In this document: in pieces, positions 42,413 through 51,613 of the stretch | Numbering within the stretch: the first letter of the stretch is position 1 | Layout: the number at the start of each line of letters is the position of its first letter | Source: Bdellovibrio sp. | GTDB lineage: Bacteria; Bdellovibrionota; Bdellovibrionia; Bdellovibrionales; Bdellovibrionaceae | Direction: 5' to 3' | DNA length: 64,000 nt | Assembly (NCBI GenBank): GCA_036676395.1 | Contig: JAKFCY010000002.1 | Span: 1,536,001-1,600,000 of the forward strand | Program-made: the position numbers and the translations under genes | Notes under the pieces: generated by a model | Database searches by the model: none | What the model was told of the DNA's origin: nothing | What the model saw: the letters and a program-made list of their open reading frames with translations, nothing else

Positions 42413-42481
42413 AAAAAAAGAGCCTTATCTTACGATAAGACTCTTCCAACTCGTTACTTTTTCAGAGCAACGAATTTGATT
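42413..42481 (-). terminator. 3' element copy 1: AATCAAAT, hairpin, GTTGG, GNRA-capped terminator
   Basis: AAGAGTCTTATC-GTAA-GATAAGGCTCTT-TTTTT preceded by stem TCGTTGCT/AGTAACGA. Confidence 0.8.
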
Positions 42482-42526
42482 CGGATGTATGTGTGTGTGC
42501 CTGTCTTTTACTTTTACAAGTAAAAA

Positions 42527-42718
42527 CTATTTATTAGATTTTTGAGATTGGCTTGTGTCTGATTGTCTTTCACCGTATTGCGAATCGCGTGAAGTTTGAC
42601 CCGTGCTAGAGCTTCTGTCTGCATTTGGAGTTTGGTTCGATTTATTTGTCTGACCAGATTGTCCACCTTGTTGATTTTGATTTGCGTTTTGATTTGACAT
42701 GTTATTATTTTGTGCCAT
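42527..42718 (-). CDS. Q/N/S-rich disordered microprotein (copy 1)
   Basis: AAGGAG RBS; 63 aa almost without hydrophobic residues; paralog at 42973-43176. Confidence 0.75.
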   Translation of the reverse strand: MAQNNNMSNQNANQNQQGGQSGQTNKSNQTPNADRSSSTGQTSRDSQYGERQSDTSQSQKSNK

Positions 42719-42771
42719 TTTTATTCTCCTTGGTTTAATTCGATTTTATCGAAAGTTACTTTAAGGTCATT

Positions 42772-42787
42772 TACAAGTTCTGTTCCA
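42772..42787 (-). promoter_or_regulatory. Sigma54-like promoter (copy 1)
   Basis: TGGAACA-GAAC-TTGTA, identical 16-mer at 43215-43230. Confidence 0.55.
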
Positions 42788-42895
42788 AACTCTAATGTTG
42801 TTATTTTTGAGATGAAATAAAATGCTGCACCTAGTTCCCATAATTTTGACCCATAAAGGTTCACAATAAAAATTTTATGTTTCGCGAAATCAAAT

Positions 42896-42964
42896 AAAAA
42901 AAAGAGCCTTATCTTGCGATAAGACTCTTCCAACCATTGTCTTTTTAATTACAATGATTTGATT
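42896..42964 (-). terminator. 3' element copy 2: AATCAAAT, hairpin, GTTGG, GNRA-capped terminator
   Basis: AAGAGTCTTATC-GCAA-GATAAGGCTCTT-TTTTTT preceded by stem CATTGT/ACAATG. Confidence 0.8.
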
Positions 42965-42972
42965 TAAAAAAT

Positions 42973-43176
42973 TTATTTACCTGATCTCTGTTGTTGGCTA
43001 CCGCCAGATTGCCCTTGATTAAAACTTGAATCACGCGTCGTGCTGCCAGTACCGGTGCTTGGGTTTGTCGTAGAGCCTTTATCTAAATTTGGATCTTGGC
43101 CGCCCGATCGATTAGCTTGATCACCCTGTTGACGCTGATTTACATTTTGATTTTGGTTGTTAATATTTTCTTTCAT
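42973..43176 (-). CDS. Q/N/S/G-rich disordered microprotein (copy 2)
   Basis: GAGGAG RBS; NQN.NQ.QQG.Q and RDS shared with copy 1. Confidence 0.75.
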   Translation of the reverse strand: MKENINNQNQNVNQRQQGDQANRSGGQDPNLDKGSTTNPSTGTGSTTRDSSFNQGQSGGSQQQRSGK

Positions 43177-43214
43177 TTTAAATCTCCTCGTAAAAGAAAC
43201 TGTTAAGCCTTAAA

Positions 43215-43230
43215 TACAAGTTCTGTTCCA
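43215..43230 (-). promoter_or_regulatory. Sigma54-like promoter (copy 2)
   Basis: TGGAACA-GAAC-TTGTA. Confidence 0.55.
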
Positions 43231-43339
43231 GCACTCAAAGCTGCTAATTTTGAACTGAAGCACCTTTGCTGCGGCTAGTTTCACAAACTTGTCCCAAGAA
43301 AGGATTCGAAAAATTTCAGACAAGGTGTATAATTAAACC

Positions 43340-43777
43340 ATGAAGACTTTAAATGACTGGCTTTCGGCTTATGGCGAAACACATAAAAATAAAATCAATA
43401 GAACAATTCATTTAATATGTGTTCCGCTAATTTTATTCAGCGTTATCGGAATTTTATGGTGCATCCCCAAAGGATTTTTATTTCCAGATATTAAATATGT
43501 AAACTGGTCACACTTAGCGATGTTGTTAGCCTTGGTTTTTTATGCACGTTTAGGCGTTAGACCTTTTTTATTAATGTTTAGTACATTTGCAGCAATTCAT
43601 TTAGTGCTGATGCTTCTTGATTCAAACACAACGCAACTTCTGACATTGAATATCACAATATTTGTTTTAGCTTGGATCGGCCAATTTTATGGTCATCATA
43701 TAGAGGGCAAAAAGCCCTCGTTCTTTCAAGATCTACAATTTTTATTGATCGGCCCGCTGTGGGTCTACTATCACTAA
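43340..43777 (+). CDS. Mpo1-like/DUF962 membrane protein
   Basis: YGETH.N.IN..IHLICVP, WIGQFYGHHIEGKKPSFF.DLQFLLIGP. Confidence 0.9.
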   Translation: MKTLNDWLSAYGETHKNKINRTIHLICVPLILFSVIGILWCIPKGFLFPDIKYVNWSHLAMLLALVFYARLGVRPFLLMFSTFAAIHLVLMLLDSNTTQLLTLNITIFVLAWIGQFYGHHIEGKKPSFFQDLQFLLIGPLWVYYH

Positions 43778-43882
43778 AATCGATTTATACCGTTGCATCA
43801 GGCCTTTAATTAGGCAGATTTATTAAAACTAATGCGTGACTTTAAAAGGCCCTCGCCTTATCTTAACGTCACATCAGTCAGT

Positions 43883-43959
<77 letters not shown>

Positions 43960-44378
43960 ATTTTTTCTCAAAGTCTTTTGAGAATTATTAAATCCACAGA
44001 CATACAAGATCAGATTAGAAGAACCCCATTATTAAAAAATACATTACCGAATCAACGATCACTCAGGTGATTTGCAGCCATTTTTTTTGGAGCATCGTTA
44101 TTTCTGCTGCTTTAATTTATACGTAGCCAATCAATCTACTTATCTAATGCATAATGACCTTCGTAACATTCTTTCCTTTTGAAGATTCAAATTCAACTAA
44201 TGCTAGCTCGCTCGATTTGATTTTTAAGGTAATCTTTCTTAAGGACGGATGAAGTCTCTTTTTTTTAAGCTAAGTTGTTTGGTTTTTGACAAGCATTCAA
44301 GTAAAAAATCCTCAATTTTTTTTCATTTGTTTTTTTTGGTTTGATTCTTCAGCAAATAAAATGCTATTTACGTCCATT

Positions 44379-45356
44379 ATGAATAAACAAATCTTAATAG
44401 CGGCGTCTACTATTCTTTTATCTATTAATACTCTAGCTAGTAATTGTGATGGCGATCCATTACTAGGTATATGGAAATCTGAACTTATTACGAAAACTGA
44501 AGATAAATATGACCCTTGCGGTAATAGAGAAGTAATCAATACATCGGAGTATGATTTTATCAGCATCGATGGAAAAATAACCGGCTCTGGTTTCCAAAAT
44601 AATAGAATGAATTACAGTAATCCTTCTTGTCCTTCGAAAGAGCGTCGATGGATTTTCAAGCTTATAACACCTAAGAATGGCAATCTAATTATGACCGCAG
44701 ACACGGGCCAGAGTGCTGAATTTAAATGTGATCTAAAAGGCGCAACTATGACTATAGAAGGAAAAGTATTTAATAAAACAAGTGATTCAAATATTCCTAC
44801 AACTCCTAATGATCCAAACGCACCTTTTGTTCCAGAAGTATGCTGGAACTGCCCTGTTTTAGTTAATCACCATCCACTTCAATATCCTCCACCTGGAACG
44901 TCTGAAATTTGCAATCCAGAAAACTTACAAGGAACCTGGAAAGAGACAAAAGATTTTACCGACGCTGAAGGAGAATATTGTCAATGGAAGCATAAAACTG
45001 TAGAAGTCATCACTTTTGACATGAGTGGAAACAACCCCTACATTCAGGGCCCACAGCTAAATGGTCGTGGTTACATCAAGGGCGAACACACTTTGTTGAA
45101 GAAAGCCGACGGTTGGAATTGTAAAACAGTTATCGAAGACCGTGAATATACAAAGATCGAGATGGGTAAGTTAAATAGTGGACATACGACAGGAGATTTA
45201 ACAATCCATGATATACGGCCTAACCCTAATTATCCTATGAGCACTAAAATAACGGGTATGGATCTTTTTCCAGCTTGCACTGTTTATGGCGGCAAGTTTT
45301 TGGTTTTTGGTTTTTGGTCGCGCCGAAAAGAGAAGATTAGAAAAACAATAGCTTAA
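44379..45356 (+). CDS. Secreted Cys-rich protein with two lipocalin-like (L-x-G-x-W) modules
   Basis: Signal peptide MNKQILIAASTILLSINTLA; LLGIWK and LQGTWK; Pro-rich linker. Confidence 0.6.
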   Translation: MNKQILIAASTILLSINTLASNCDGDPLLGIWKSELITKTEDKYDPCGNREVINTSEYDFISIDGKITGSGFQNNRMNYSNPSCPSKERRWIFKLITPKNGNLIMTADTGQSAEFKCDLKGATMTIEGKVFNKTSDSNIPTTPNDPNAPFVPEVCWNCPVLVNHHPLQYPPPGTSEICNPENLQGTWKETKDFTDAEGEYCQWKHKTVEVITFDMSGNNPYIQGPQLNGRGYIKGEHTLLKKADGWNCKTVIEDREYTKIEMGKLNSGHTTGDLTIHDIRPNPNYPMSTKITGMDLFPACTVYGGKFLVFGFWSRRKEKIRKTIA

Positions 45357-45380
45357 GCTAGCAAAGCTCTTGCATCCTAC

Positions 45381-45412
45381 AAAGCCCCGGTGATGTACCG
45401 GGGCTTTTTTTT
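45381..45412 (+). terminator. Intrinsic terminator
   Basis: AAAGCCCCGGT-GATGT-ACCGGGGCTTTTTTTT. Confidence 0.88.
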
Positions 45413-45540
45413 ATTTAAATCCTGCTTCACGCGAGTGAACAATCAAAGCCCATCGGGAGTTTTTGAACTTTTCTGAAAACATTGCTGTTTTATTCAAGCA
45501 TCTAAAATTAGCTTATGACAAAGCGACTACAATCAATTAC

Positions 45541-46194
45541 TTAATTATTTTCTATTTTTTTTATTTCATATTGTCTACAGCCCTTCGAACCCTCTCGCTG
45601 CTTGGCGATTAATTCAAATAATCTTTTACTTTCAATCACAGAAGATGCTCTGTACATGTAGTAATGGGGAAGCGCCGGGTGATTTTCCCACTTTGCTTTC
45701 GGATAAACACCCCCCAGCAATTCAGCTCCTCCCGCAGCATCACAATAATCCCAATTAGCACCGGCGCTCTGGTCAGGTGAAGTGATATAAAAAGTAATCG
45801 CCTGCTCATTAGGTTTCGTGCAAGTAAAGTTGTCGTTGTTCATTAAACTTAAGTCAGCGTGTCCAAAACAGCCCAAGTTACAAGATTTTTCTAAAATCGG
45901 CTCAATTGTTTCTGTTCTAAAATAGTAAGGAAGTTCTTCCTCAACAGTTTTTGAGAATTCATAAACGATGTGCTTTTGAGAGTTATTTTTCCAGTCTTTT
46001 AGAAACGTCGCGTCTGGCTTGAATCCGCCACTACATACATAAGTCGTCGAATGAGTATTACACTTACTCTTCCAAACGAAGGTAACAGATGGATCATTTT
46101 TATGATCATCGAGGGAACAACCTTCTTTGAAACTATTTGCTTTGAGAGTAAAAAACGAAAGTAACGCAATTACAAACGTGACTTTGTAAGCCAT
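45541..46194 (-). CDS. Secreted Cys-rich hypothetical protein
   Basis: GGGGGA RBS; signal peptide-like N-terminus; 8 Cys. Confidence 0.6.
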   Translation of the reverse strand: MAYKVTFVIALLSFFTLKANSFKEGCSLDDHKNDPSVTFVWKSKCNTHSTTYVCSGGFKPDATFLKDWKNNSQKHIVYEFSKTVEEELPYYFRTETIEPILEKSCNLGCFGHADLSLMNNDNFTCTKPNEQAITFYITSPDQSAGANWDYCDAAGGAELLGGVYPKAKWENHPALPHYYMYRASSVIESKRLFELIAKQREGSKGCRQYEIKKIENN

Positions 46195-46422
46195 GCTTAT
46201 CCCCCCATTTAATAGAGTATCTGTTATTGTTATTGAACTATAGTTTAAAAAAAGAATTACCAGATTGAGACGCCGAAAAAGGCCTGATCAAAGGCATACT
46301 GACCCTTCTGTTTCAATCACGCCTTCAATCTATTGATCTCGAGCTTATTCGCCTACAACAGTTTCTAGGTTCTGTTGATTTGACCCCGTACCAAATTTTT
46401 TTCTGATGAGTTTTAAAAAATT

Positions 46423-47823
46423 TTATTCAGACTGCGTTAAAACACAGCCAAATTTTTGCCCGCGGTATACAGCTTTTGCCTTTTTAAATAAACCTAAGCC
46501 CAACGTTGCCGTCACAATACCATCATCTTTAATTTTCAAACGCGGAAGCACTGGAAAAGATGTTTTCATATCTTCTTTACAAGCTTTCTCGCTACGGCCG
46601 ACAACCAAACGACATGAACAGTATTCCTTAACGATATAAGCACGTAATAAGTGTGGCACAACTAATAGCGACTCCATTGTGCCGCGATCTTCTGGATCTT
46701 CATACTCTTGGTCATCGGGCTGATAATTAGTTTTAGCTAGAACCCGATTAGAACTACCCACAGTTTCAAAAGCTAAGTTTTTTGAACGCACAAGTTTTGC
46801 AACAGCTTTATAAAAAGCTTTCCGATCCAAAGCTTTTTTATCACGCGCAAGCCTTACAACAACGAATTGCTGTGAAGGACTGGCCGCCACAATTTGCCCC
46901 TGATGGCCGTACATAATTAAAGTATCTAGAGGTAAATCATTATACGCAGATGGCAGGTTACGCCCTTCGATAGCGCGATTCGTCGTTAACTGAATTGAAT
47001 AGGCTTTGTTCACTTCGTTAAATTCTTGAATCTTGTTATGCACCCCGGGTGCCACCGTATTCATAAGTTCAAAATAACTTGGTGAAAATAATTGCTGACC
47101 GTTCCAGACACCTTTATTCATTAGAAGCTGACCTAATTTTAAATAGTCTGAAGGCTTCATGTAAATATATGATGAGCCAACAAAATTACCCTTCATATCT
47201 TGCTCAAATGTTGCATCAATTCCCATCGGGTTAAATAACTTCTGCCACGGGTAATTATTATATTTAGCCTGATTGCCGATCGCTTTTTGCAGGATACCCA
47301 TCAGTAGATTAGTGTCGCCACTTGAATAGTTAAAATATTCACCCGGCTCGCCCACTTTTGATAAAGGCATCTTTAACATAAAATCAGTGAACCCCATTTT
47401 TTGCCCGTCAAGATACAGCATATTTGTTAGATCTAAATGTGACGGAAATCCCTTAAAGGCTTCTTTAAAATGAAGGCCCGAAGACATTTGTAAGACATCA
47501 ACGATGCGGGCATCATTTTTAAATTCAGGAAAATATTTTTTTACAGGGTCATCAATTGAAAGTAACCCTTCTTTAGCAGCGATTCCGATCAACATCGCTG
47601 TCATTGTTTTAGCCGTCGACCACGATAAATGTTTTGTATTCGGCGTGTATTCACGCGCGTAATATTCATAAATGACTTTGCCATCTTTATACACCAGCAC
47701 AACATCTGTATTGGCTTTTTCTGTATCACGCAGAAGTTCGGTTAATTCTTGTTGCGCGGTTTTTGCTTGCCCCAGAATTGAAAACAAAAAAGTTACGATA
47801 AACAATGTGCTGATGGTTTTCAT
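46423..47823 (-). CDS. Secreted serine hydrolase, beta-lactamase/class C-like (paralog 2)
   Basis: Signal peptide from ATG 47823; SWSTAK, FNYSSGDTN, GHQGQ; colinear with 29285-30694. Confidence 0.88.
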   Translation of the reverse strand: MKTISTLFIVTFLFSILGQAKTAQQELTELLRDTEKANTDVVLVYKDGKVIYEYYAREYTPNTKHLSWSTAKTMTAMLIGIAAKEGLLSIDDPVKKYFPEFKNDARIVDVLQMSSGLHFKEAFKGFPSHLDLTNMLYLDGQKMGFTDFMLKMPLSKVGEPGEYFNYSSGDTNLLMGILQKAIGNQAKYNNYPWQKLFNPMGIDATFEQDMKGNFVGSSYIYMKPSDYLKLGQLLMNKGVWNGQQLFSPSYFELMNTVAPGVHNKIQEFNEVNKAYSIQLTTNRAIEGRNLPSAYNDLPLDTLIMYGHQGQIVAASPSQQFVVVRLARDKKALDRKAFYKAVAKLVRSKNLAFETVGSSNRVLAKTNYQPDDQEYEDPEDRGTMESLLVVPHLLRAYIVKEYCSCRLVVGRSEKACKEDMKTSFPVLPRLKIKDDGIVTATLGLGLFKKAKAVYRGQKFGCVLTQSE

Positions 47824-47901
47824 ATTAATTTTTTCGGGACTTTCTAGATCTGAATCGAGTCCAGTAGTCGAGAAAACATGTATCGAACTGAGAATTAACA
47901 T

Positions 47902-47938
47902 AAAAAAAGGGTTATGAATTTCTTCATAACCCTTTTTT
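47902..47938. terminator. Intrinsic terminator (symmetric A/T tails)
   Basis: AAAAAAAGGGTTATGAA-TTTC-TTCATAACCCTTTTTT. Confidence 0.85.
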
Positions 47939-47964
47939 GTTTTTAGTATTGTAGGCCGTTTCTA

Positions 47965-48528
47965 CTATTCAACAGTGCATTCCATGCTTTCGTGCAATTC
48001 AACACTTTGTCCGGTTTTTGCGTTGGTAATCAAACCAGTCAACAAAATGCTTCGTTTTTTAGAATCAATAATTTTGATTTTAGCATCAAGTTCAACATCA
48101 ACTTTTAAACGAAGTTTTTTGCTGATGGATTCAGAGCTAACGATACTTGCGTCTGAAACTGTTTGAAAATCTTTTCCAGTGACATCGATTTCGCCTTGCT
48201 TAACTGAACATGAGAAATCTTCGCTCAATGAATCATTGTTGTTTGTGCAAGATCCTTTTGGCGAAAGGTATAATCCTAAAGCAATGGGTGCCAGGTTCTC
48301 ATCAGACGCGCGGCCAGTTAACTGATTTACACTATTAAAACCAGCTTGAAAAAACCATGAGGCGTCTATGGTGATATAGGTGCCATTAAAGCCGATAGCT
48401 CCATCGCGGTTGATAAACATATCAGCTTGGCGAAATGATATGACTTCTGTACATTTCAGGCTTTCAGCTAAAGCGCTAAAAGATATAAGACTTGTTAATG
48501 CGGCTACTGTTAATGATTTAATTTTCAT
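47965..48528 (-). CDS. Secreted beta-rich hypothetical protein
   Basis: GGAG RBS; signal peptide MKIKSLTVAALTSLISFSALA; 4 Cys. Confidence 0.65.
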   Translation of the reverse strand: MKIKSLTVAALTSLISFSALAESLKCTEVISFRQADMFINRDGAIGFNGTYITIDASWFFQAGFNSVNQLTGRASDENLAPIALGLYLSPKGSCTNNNDSLSEDFSCSVKQGEIDVTGKDFQTVSDASIVSSESISKKLRLKVDVELDAKIKIIDSKKRSILLTGLITNAKTGQSVELHESMECTVE

Positions 48529-48632
48529 AAGGGAATCTCCATTTCTTAGAGATAACCTAACTTAGGTTTAATAATTAAAGTAATGAATAGTACTGCTGAT
48601 TATCATTAATCATTTTAATGATGCGCTAACTC

Positions 48633-49148
48633 CTATAGAGCGAGACGCTTAGTCTTAACTAAAATCTTTAACAGCAACAGAGCAACCATCGGCCCCACTA
48701 AAAGCATGTAATACCAGTTTCCGGCGACTCGGCCAGCGTAGCTTGCAAAAAAGATGAACCACAAATAGTACATGCCAAACGTGTGTAAAGTTCTCCAGCG
48801 CTTGATTCCTAATTTTTGAACTGAAAAATCATTCGAGGTCATCGTCATGGCAAAAATAAACACATAACCAAGTCCGCCAAAAATAATGGTCGTTGGCTGC
48901 GCCACTTGATAAAACAATTCAGGATCAATTTTGTATAGCATGGCAAACAGGATTCCGTGACAAAGATGTGAAAAAGCAAAACTTAAGCCGACAGCGCGTC
49001 TGTTCTTCATCCAAAAGCCAAATTTATTTTTTAGAAGAAATCGTAAAGACGATGTCATGAAGGCGAGCAGAAATAACAACATAGATATGCGAGCTGTTAC
49101 TTGTATACCTAAACGTACCCCTTCTTGCAGAGTCAGATCCGTCATCAC
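48633..49148 (-). CDS. MsrQ/YedZ-like ferric reductase-type heme membrane protein
   Basis: NRRAVGLSFAFSH..H, TSND, RWRTLH..G.YY. Confidence 0.75.
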   Translation of the reverse strand: MMTDLTLQEGVRLGIQVTARISMLLFLLAFMTSSLRFLLKNKFGFWMKNRRAVGLSFAFSHLCHGILFAMLYKIDPELFYQVAQPTTIIFGGLGYVFIFAMTMTSNDFSVQKLGIKRWRTLHTFGMYYLWFIFFASYAGRVAGNWYYMLLVGPMVALLLLKILVKTKRLAL

Positions 49149-49168
49149 TTTAGTCTCTCCTTATACGA

Positions 49169-50314
49169 TCAGCGTAACAACGCTTCGATTCGTTCGCAAG
49201 CTTTACCATCCCCAAAAGGATTCTTCGCTTTCGACATCTTGTCGTAAACTGCTTTATCGTCAAGAAGCTCGTTCACTGTCGCAATGAAGGCCCCTTTTTC
49301 AAGCGGAGCTAAGCGCGAAGTGCCTGCCGCAATGGCTTCAGGACGTTCGGTATTTTCTCGAGCGATAAGCACTGGTTTTCCAAGCGATGGAGCCTCTTCT
49401 TGAACCCCGCCCGAGTCTGTGATGATGAAATGGCTGCGATTCATTAGATAAACAAAGGGAATATAATCGACCGGATCAGAAAGCCAGATTTGACTGGTTT
49501 TACCACTAGCCTCTTTAATCCAGGTGGCATGACTTTCTAAAATTTCACAGGCGTTCTTTCTGACTTCAGGATTTAGATGCAGAGGGATTAAAAATTCAAC
49601 GTCTGAACGTTTAGACAATTCTAGGATGGCCTGCATAACTGTTTTAATATTTTTTTCAAATGATTCACGTCGATGAAGTGTCACTAAAATAAGTTTTTTG
49701 TTTTTATTTAAAAACTTAAACTGAGATTCAAACTCTTGCGTAAGAACCGGTGTATTTTCGATCGTACTTTTAACTTCAAAAAGCGTATCGATTCCGGTAT
49801 TTCCGGTCACATGAATAGTTTTAACATCGACGTGTTCAGCCAGAAGATTTTTTTTAGCTTCTTCAGTAGGTGCCAAATGAATGTTACCGATAACTGATAG
49901 GGCTTTGCGATTAAATTCTTCAGGAAATGGTGAATAGATATTATTTGATCTTAAACCAGCTTCTAAGTGAATCACTTCGATTTTATTATAGAAAGCCACA
50001 AGCCCACCAGTAAAGCTACTGGTGGTGTCGCCTTGAACAATAATGCTATCAATCTTGTTGTTATCAATTATTTCTTGCAGGCCTAACATCACACGCGAAG
50101 AAAGCGCTGTGAGTGTCTGGCCTGGCTTCATTAAATCTAAGTCAAAGTCTGGGGTAATTTTAAAAAAACTTAATAAGGGTTTAAGCATTTCTCGATGTTG
50201 ACCCGTTGAACAAACCAGCACCTTAAATTTTGAATTTTTTTTAAGTTTCAAAATGAGCGGTGCTACTTTAATTGTTTCAGGCCGGGTTCCAAATACAAAG
50301 AGAAGTGTTTTCAT
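49169..50314 (-). CDS. wecB: UDP-N-acetylglucosamine 2-epimerase (non-hydrolysing)
   Basis: FGTRPE.IK, TGQHREM, VQGDT, HLEAGLRS, PFPEE.NR, TLHRRE, TDSGGVQEEAP, TERPE. Confidence 0.97.
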   Translation of the reverse strand: MKTLLFVFGTRPETIKVAPLILKLKKNSKFKVLVCSTGQHREMLKPLLSFFKITPDFDLDLMKPGQTLTALSSRVMLGLQEIIDNNKIDSIIVQGDTTSSFTGGLVAFYNKIEVIHLEAGLRSNNIYSPFPEEFNRKALSVIGNIHLAPTEEAKKNLLAEHVDVKTIHVTGNTGIDTLFEVKSTIENTPVLTQEFESQFKFLNKNKKLILVTLHRRESFEKNIKTVMQAILELSKRSDVEFLIPLHLNPEVRKNACEILESHATWIKEASGKTSQIWLSDPVDYIPFVYLMNRSHFIITDSGGVQEEAPSLGKPVLIARENTERPEAIAAGTSRLAPLEKGAFIATVNELLDDKAVYDKMSKAKNPFGDGKACERIEALLR

Positions 50315-50325
50315 TAAAATTACGA

Positions 50326-51600
50326 CTAGTTCTTAAAGTAGTGGTCTTTAACAATGTCTTCGGTTTGTTGTTTTCCAACCGGAGAAAAACCATTATCATT
50401 TGAACCAATTTTAGTCGGATCTACAGCGATATCCCAGAAATTAATACCTTTAAACCAAGGCCATTGCGGTGTCCAAAACGAATCAAAGATCGCCTGAAAA
50501 GCGGCTGCTTGATGGGGAACATTAACGGTACCTGTACCTGCATAAGCAAACGGATCAATAAAACCTGAATCTACCGAGCGAAAGCCGATCTCTTTGATAA
50601 TCGCTTCTTTATGATGATCTAAAGTTAATTCGATTTGCATAAAGCCATTATCTAATTGTGTAGCGTAAGAATCTGAACGCGATTTCAAAACACTAACTAA
50701 AGCACTATAATCAACTGGTAATGTCTGATTTTTAGAAGCTAATGAACGGTAAATATCAAGACCTACAGAATCCAATTCTTTCCAGAAACTAACCAGATCA
50801 TTCCAGATTTTTAATTCTTCAGGATTTGTGGGATTAGCAAGGTCAACTAAACGGTAACGCCATCTTTCAAATTCACCACCAGAAGCGGCAAAACCATCGG
50901 AATTCACAGTATCGTCAGTAAAGTTAATATCATACATCAAACGAGCCGCCGGAAGTTTAGCGCGCACATAACGAAGAAGTTCTAACCAACGACCCGGAAA
51001 GCCGTAAGGAAACTCTAGCCACTGATCTTCAATACCCACTGTCATAGAATAAAGCTCGGCACCGATTGTGAATTCATCAACTTTAGCTAATCTAGCCACA
51101 GTAAGGTACACATCTAAGTACACACGAAATGATTCAAACCAGCGATTAGGATCTTGTGGTTGAATATTACCGTGCCACCAAGTCTTGATAGAACCATCTG
51201 GTTGTTTTTCAAAATAAGGAAATTCGCCGTTGGGGCCGATCACGAAAAATATCGGACGTAATCCCACAGTCATACCTTGTGATTGAATGTACTTAATTAA
51301 ACGAAGCATGCGTTTAGCTTCAGCAGCGCGTTCTGCTGGCGGCGTTACCGGCACGATTTCAGAAGAAAAAGGCCCTTTCATAATCGCACGCACATTTAAA
51401 ATAATATGGTTTGAACCCAAACGTTTTGCGTGATCAACGGCATTTTGAGCCAAAGTTTTTGGTTCAACAGAAGTTGCCGTTGCATCATAAGCAAAGCCTT
51501 CAGATTCGGTTAAATTAAAACCGGCAACATAACTGCCCCAGGCCACACTATGAAGTGCAGCAACTATTAAACTTGTAAAAATAAATCGCGAAAATTTCAT
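50326..51600 (-). CDS. Secreted GH113-like TIM-barrel glycoside hydrolase
   Basis: Signal peptide; WFESF, FTIGAEL (acid/base), FW.ELD.VGLD.Y, KEIGFRS (nucleophile), PWFKGINFW. Confidence 0.72.
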   Translation of the reverse strand: MKFSRFIFTSLIVAALHSVAWGSYVAGFNLTESEGFAYDATATSVEPKTLAQNAVDHAKRLGSNHIILNVRAIMKGPFSSEIVPVTPPAERAAEAKRMLRLIKYIQSQGMTVGLRPIFFVIGPNGEFPYFEKQPDGSIKTWWHGNIQPQDPNRWFESFRVYLDVYLTVARLAKVDEFTIGAELYSMTVGIEDQWLEFPYGFPGRWLELLRYVRAKLPAARLMYDINFTDDTVNSDGFAASGGEFERWRYRLVDLANPTNPEELKIWNDLVSFWKELDSVGLDIYRSLASKNQTLPVDYSALVSVLKSRSDSYATQLDNGFMQIELTLDHHKEAIIKEIGFRSVDSGFIDPFAYAGTGTVNVPHQAAAFQAIFDSFWTPQWPWFKGINFWDIAVDPTKIGSNDNGFSPVGKQQTEDIVKDHYFKN

Positions 51601-51613
51601 GATATTCCTTTAA

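Noticed and set aside
42721..42933. 70-aa minus-strand ORF between the two microproteins
   Set aside because: It runs through the terminator of one cassette and the promoter of the next and has no RBS; most likely spurious
42413..42964. Repeated palindromic 38-mer as a CRISPR repeat
   Set aside because: Only two copies about 480 bp apart, with U-tails and no cas genes; these are terminators
43960..44378. Pseudogene or integrase remnant after the tRNA
   Set aside because: No recognisable protein motif in the short open stretches I translated
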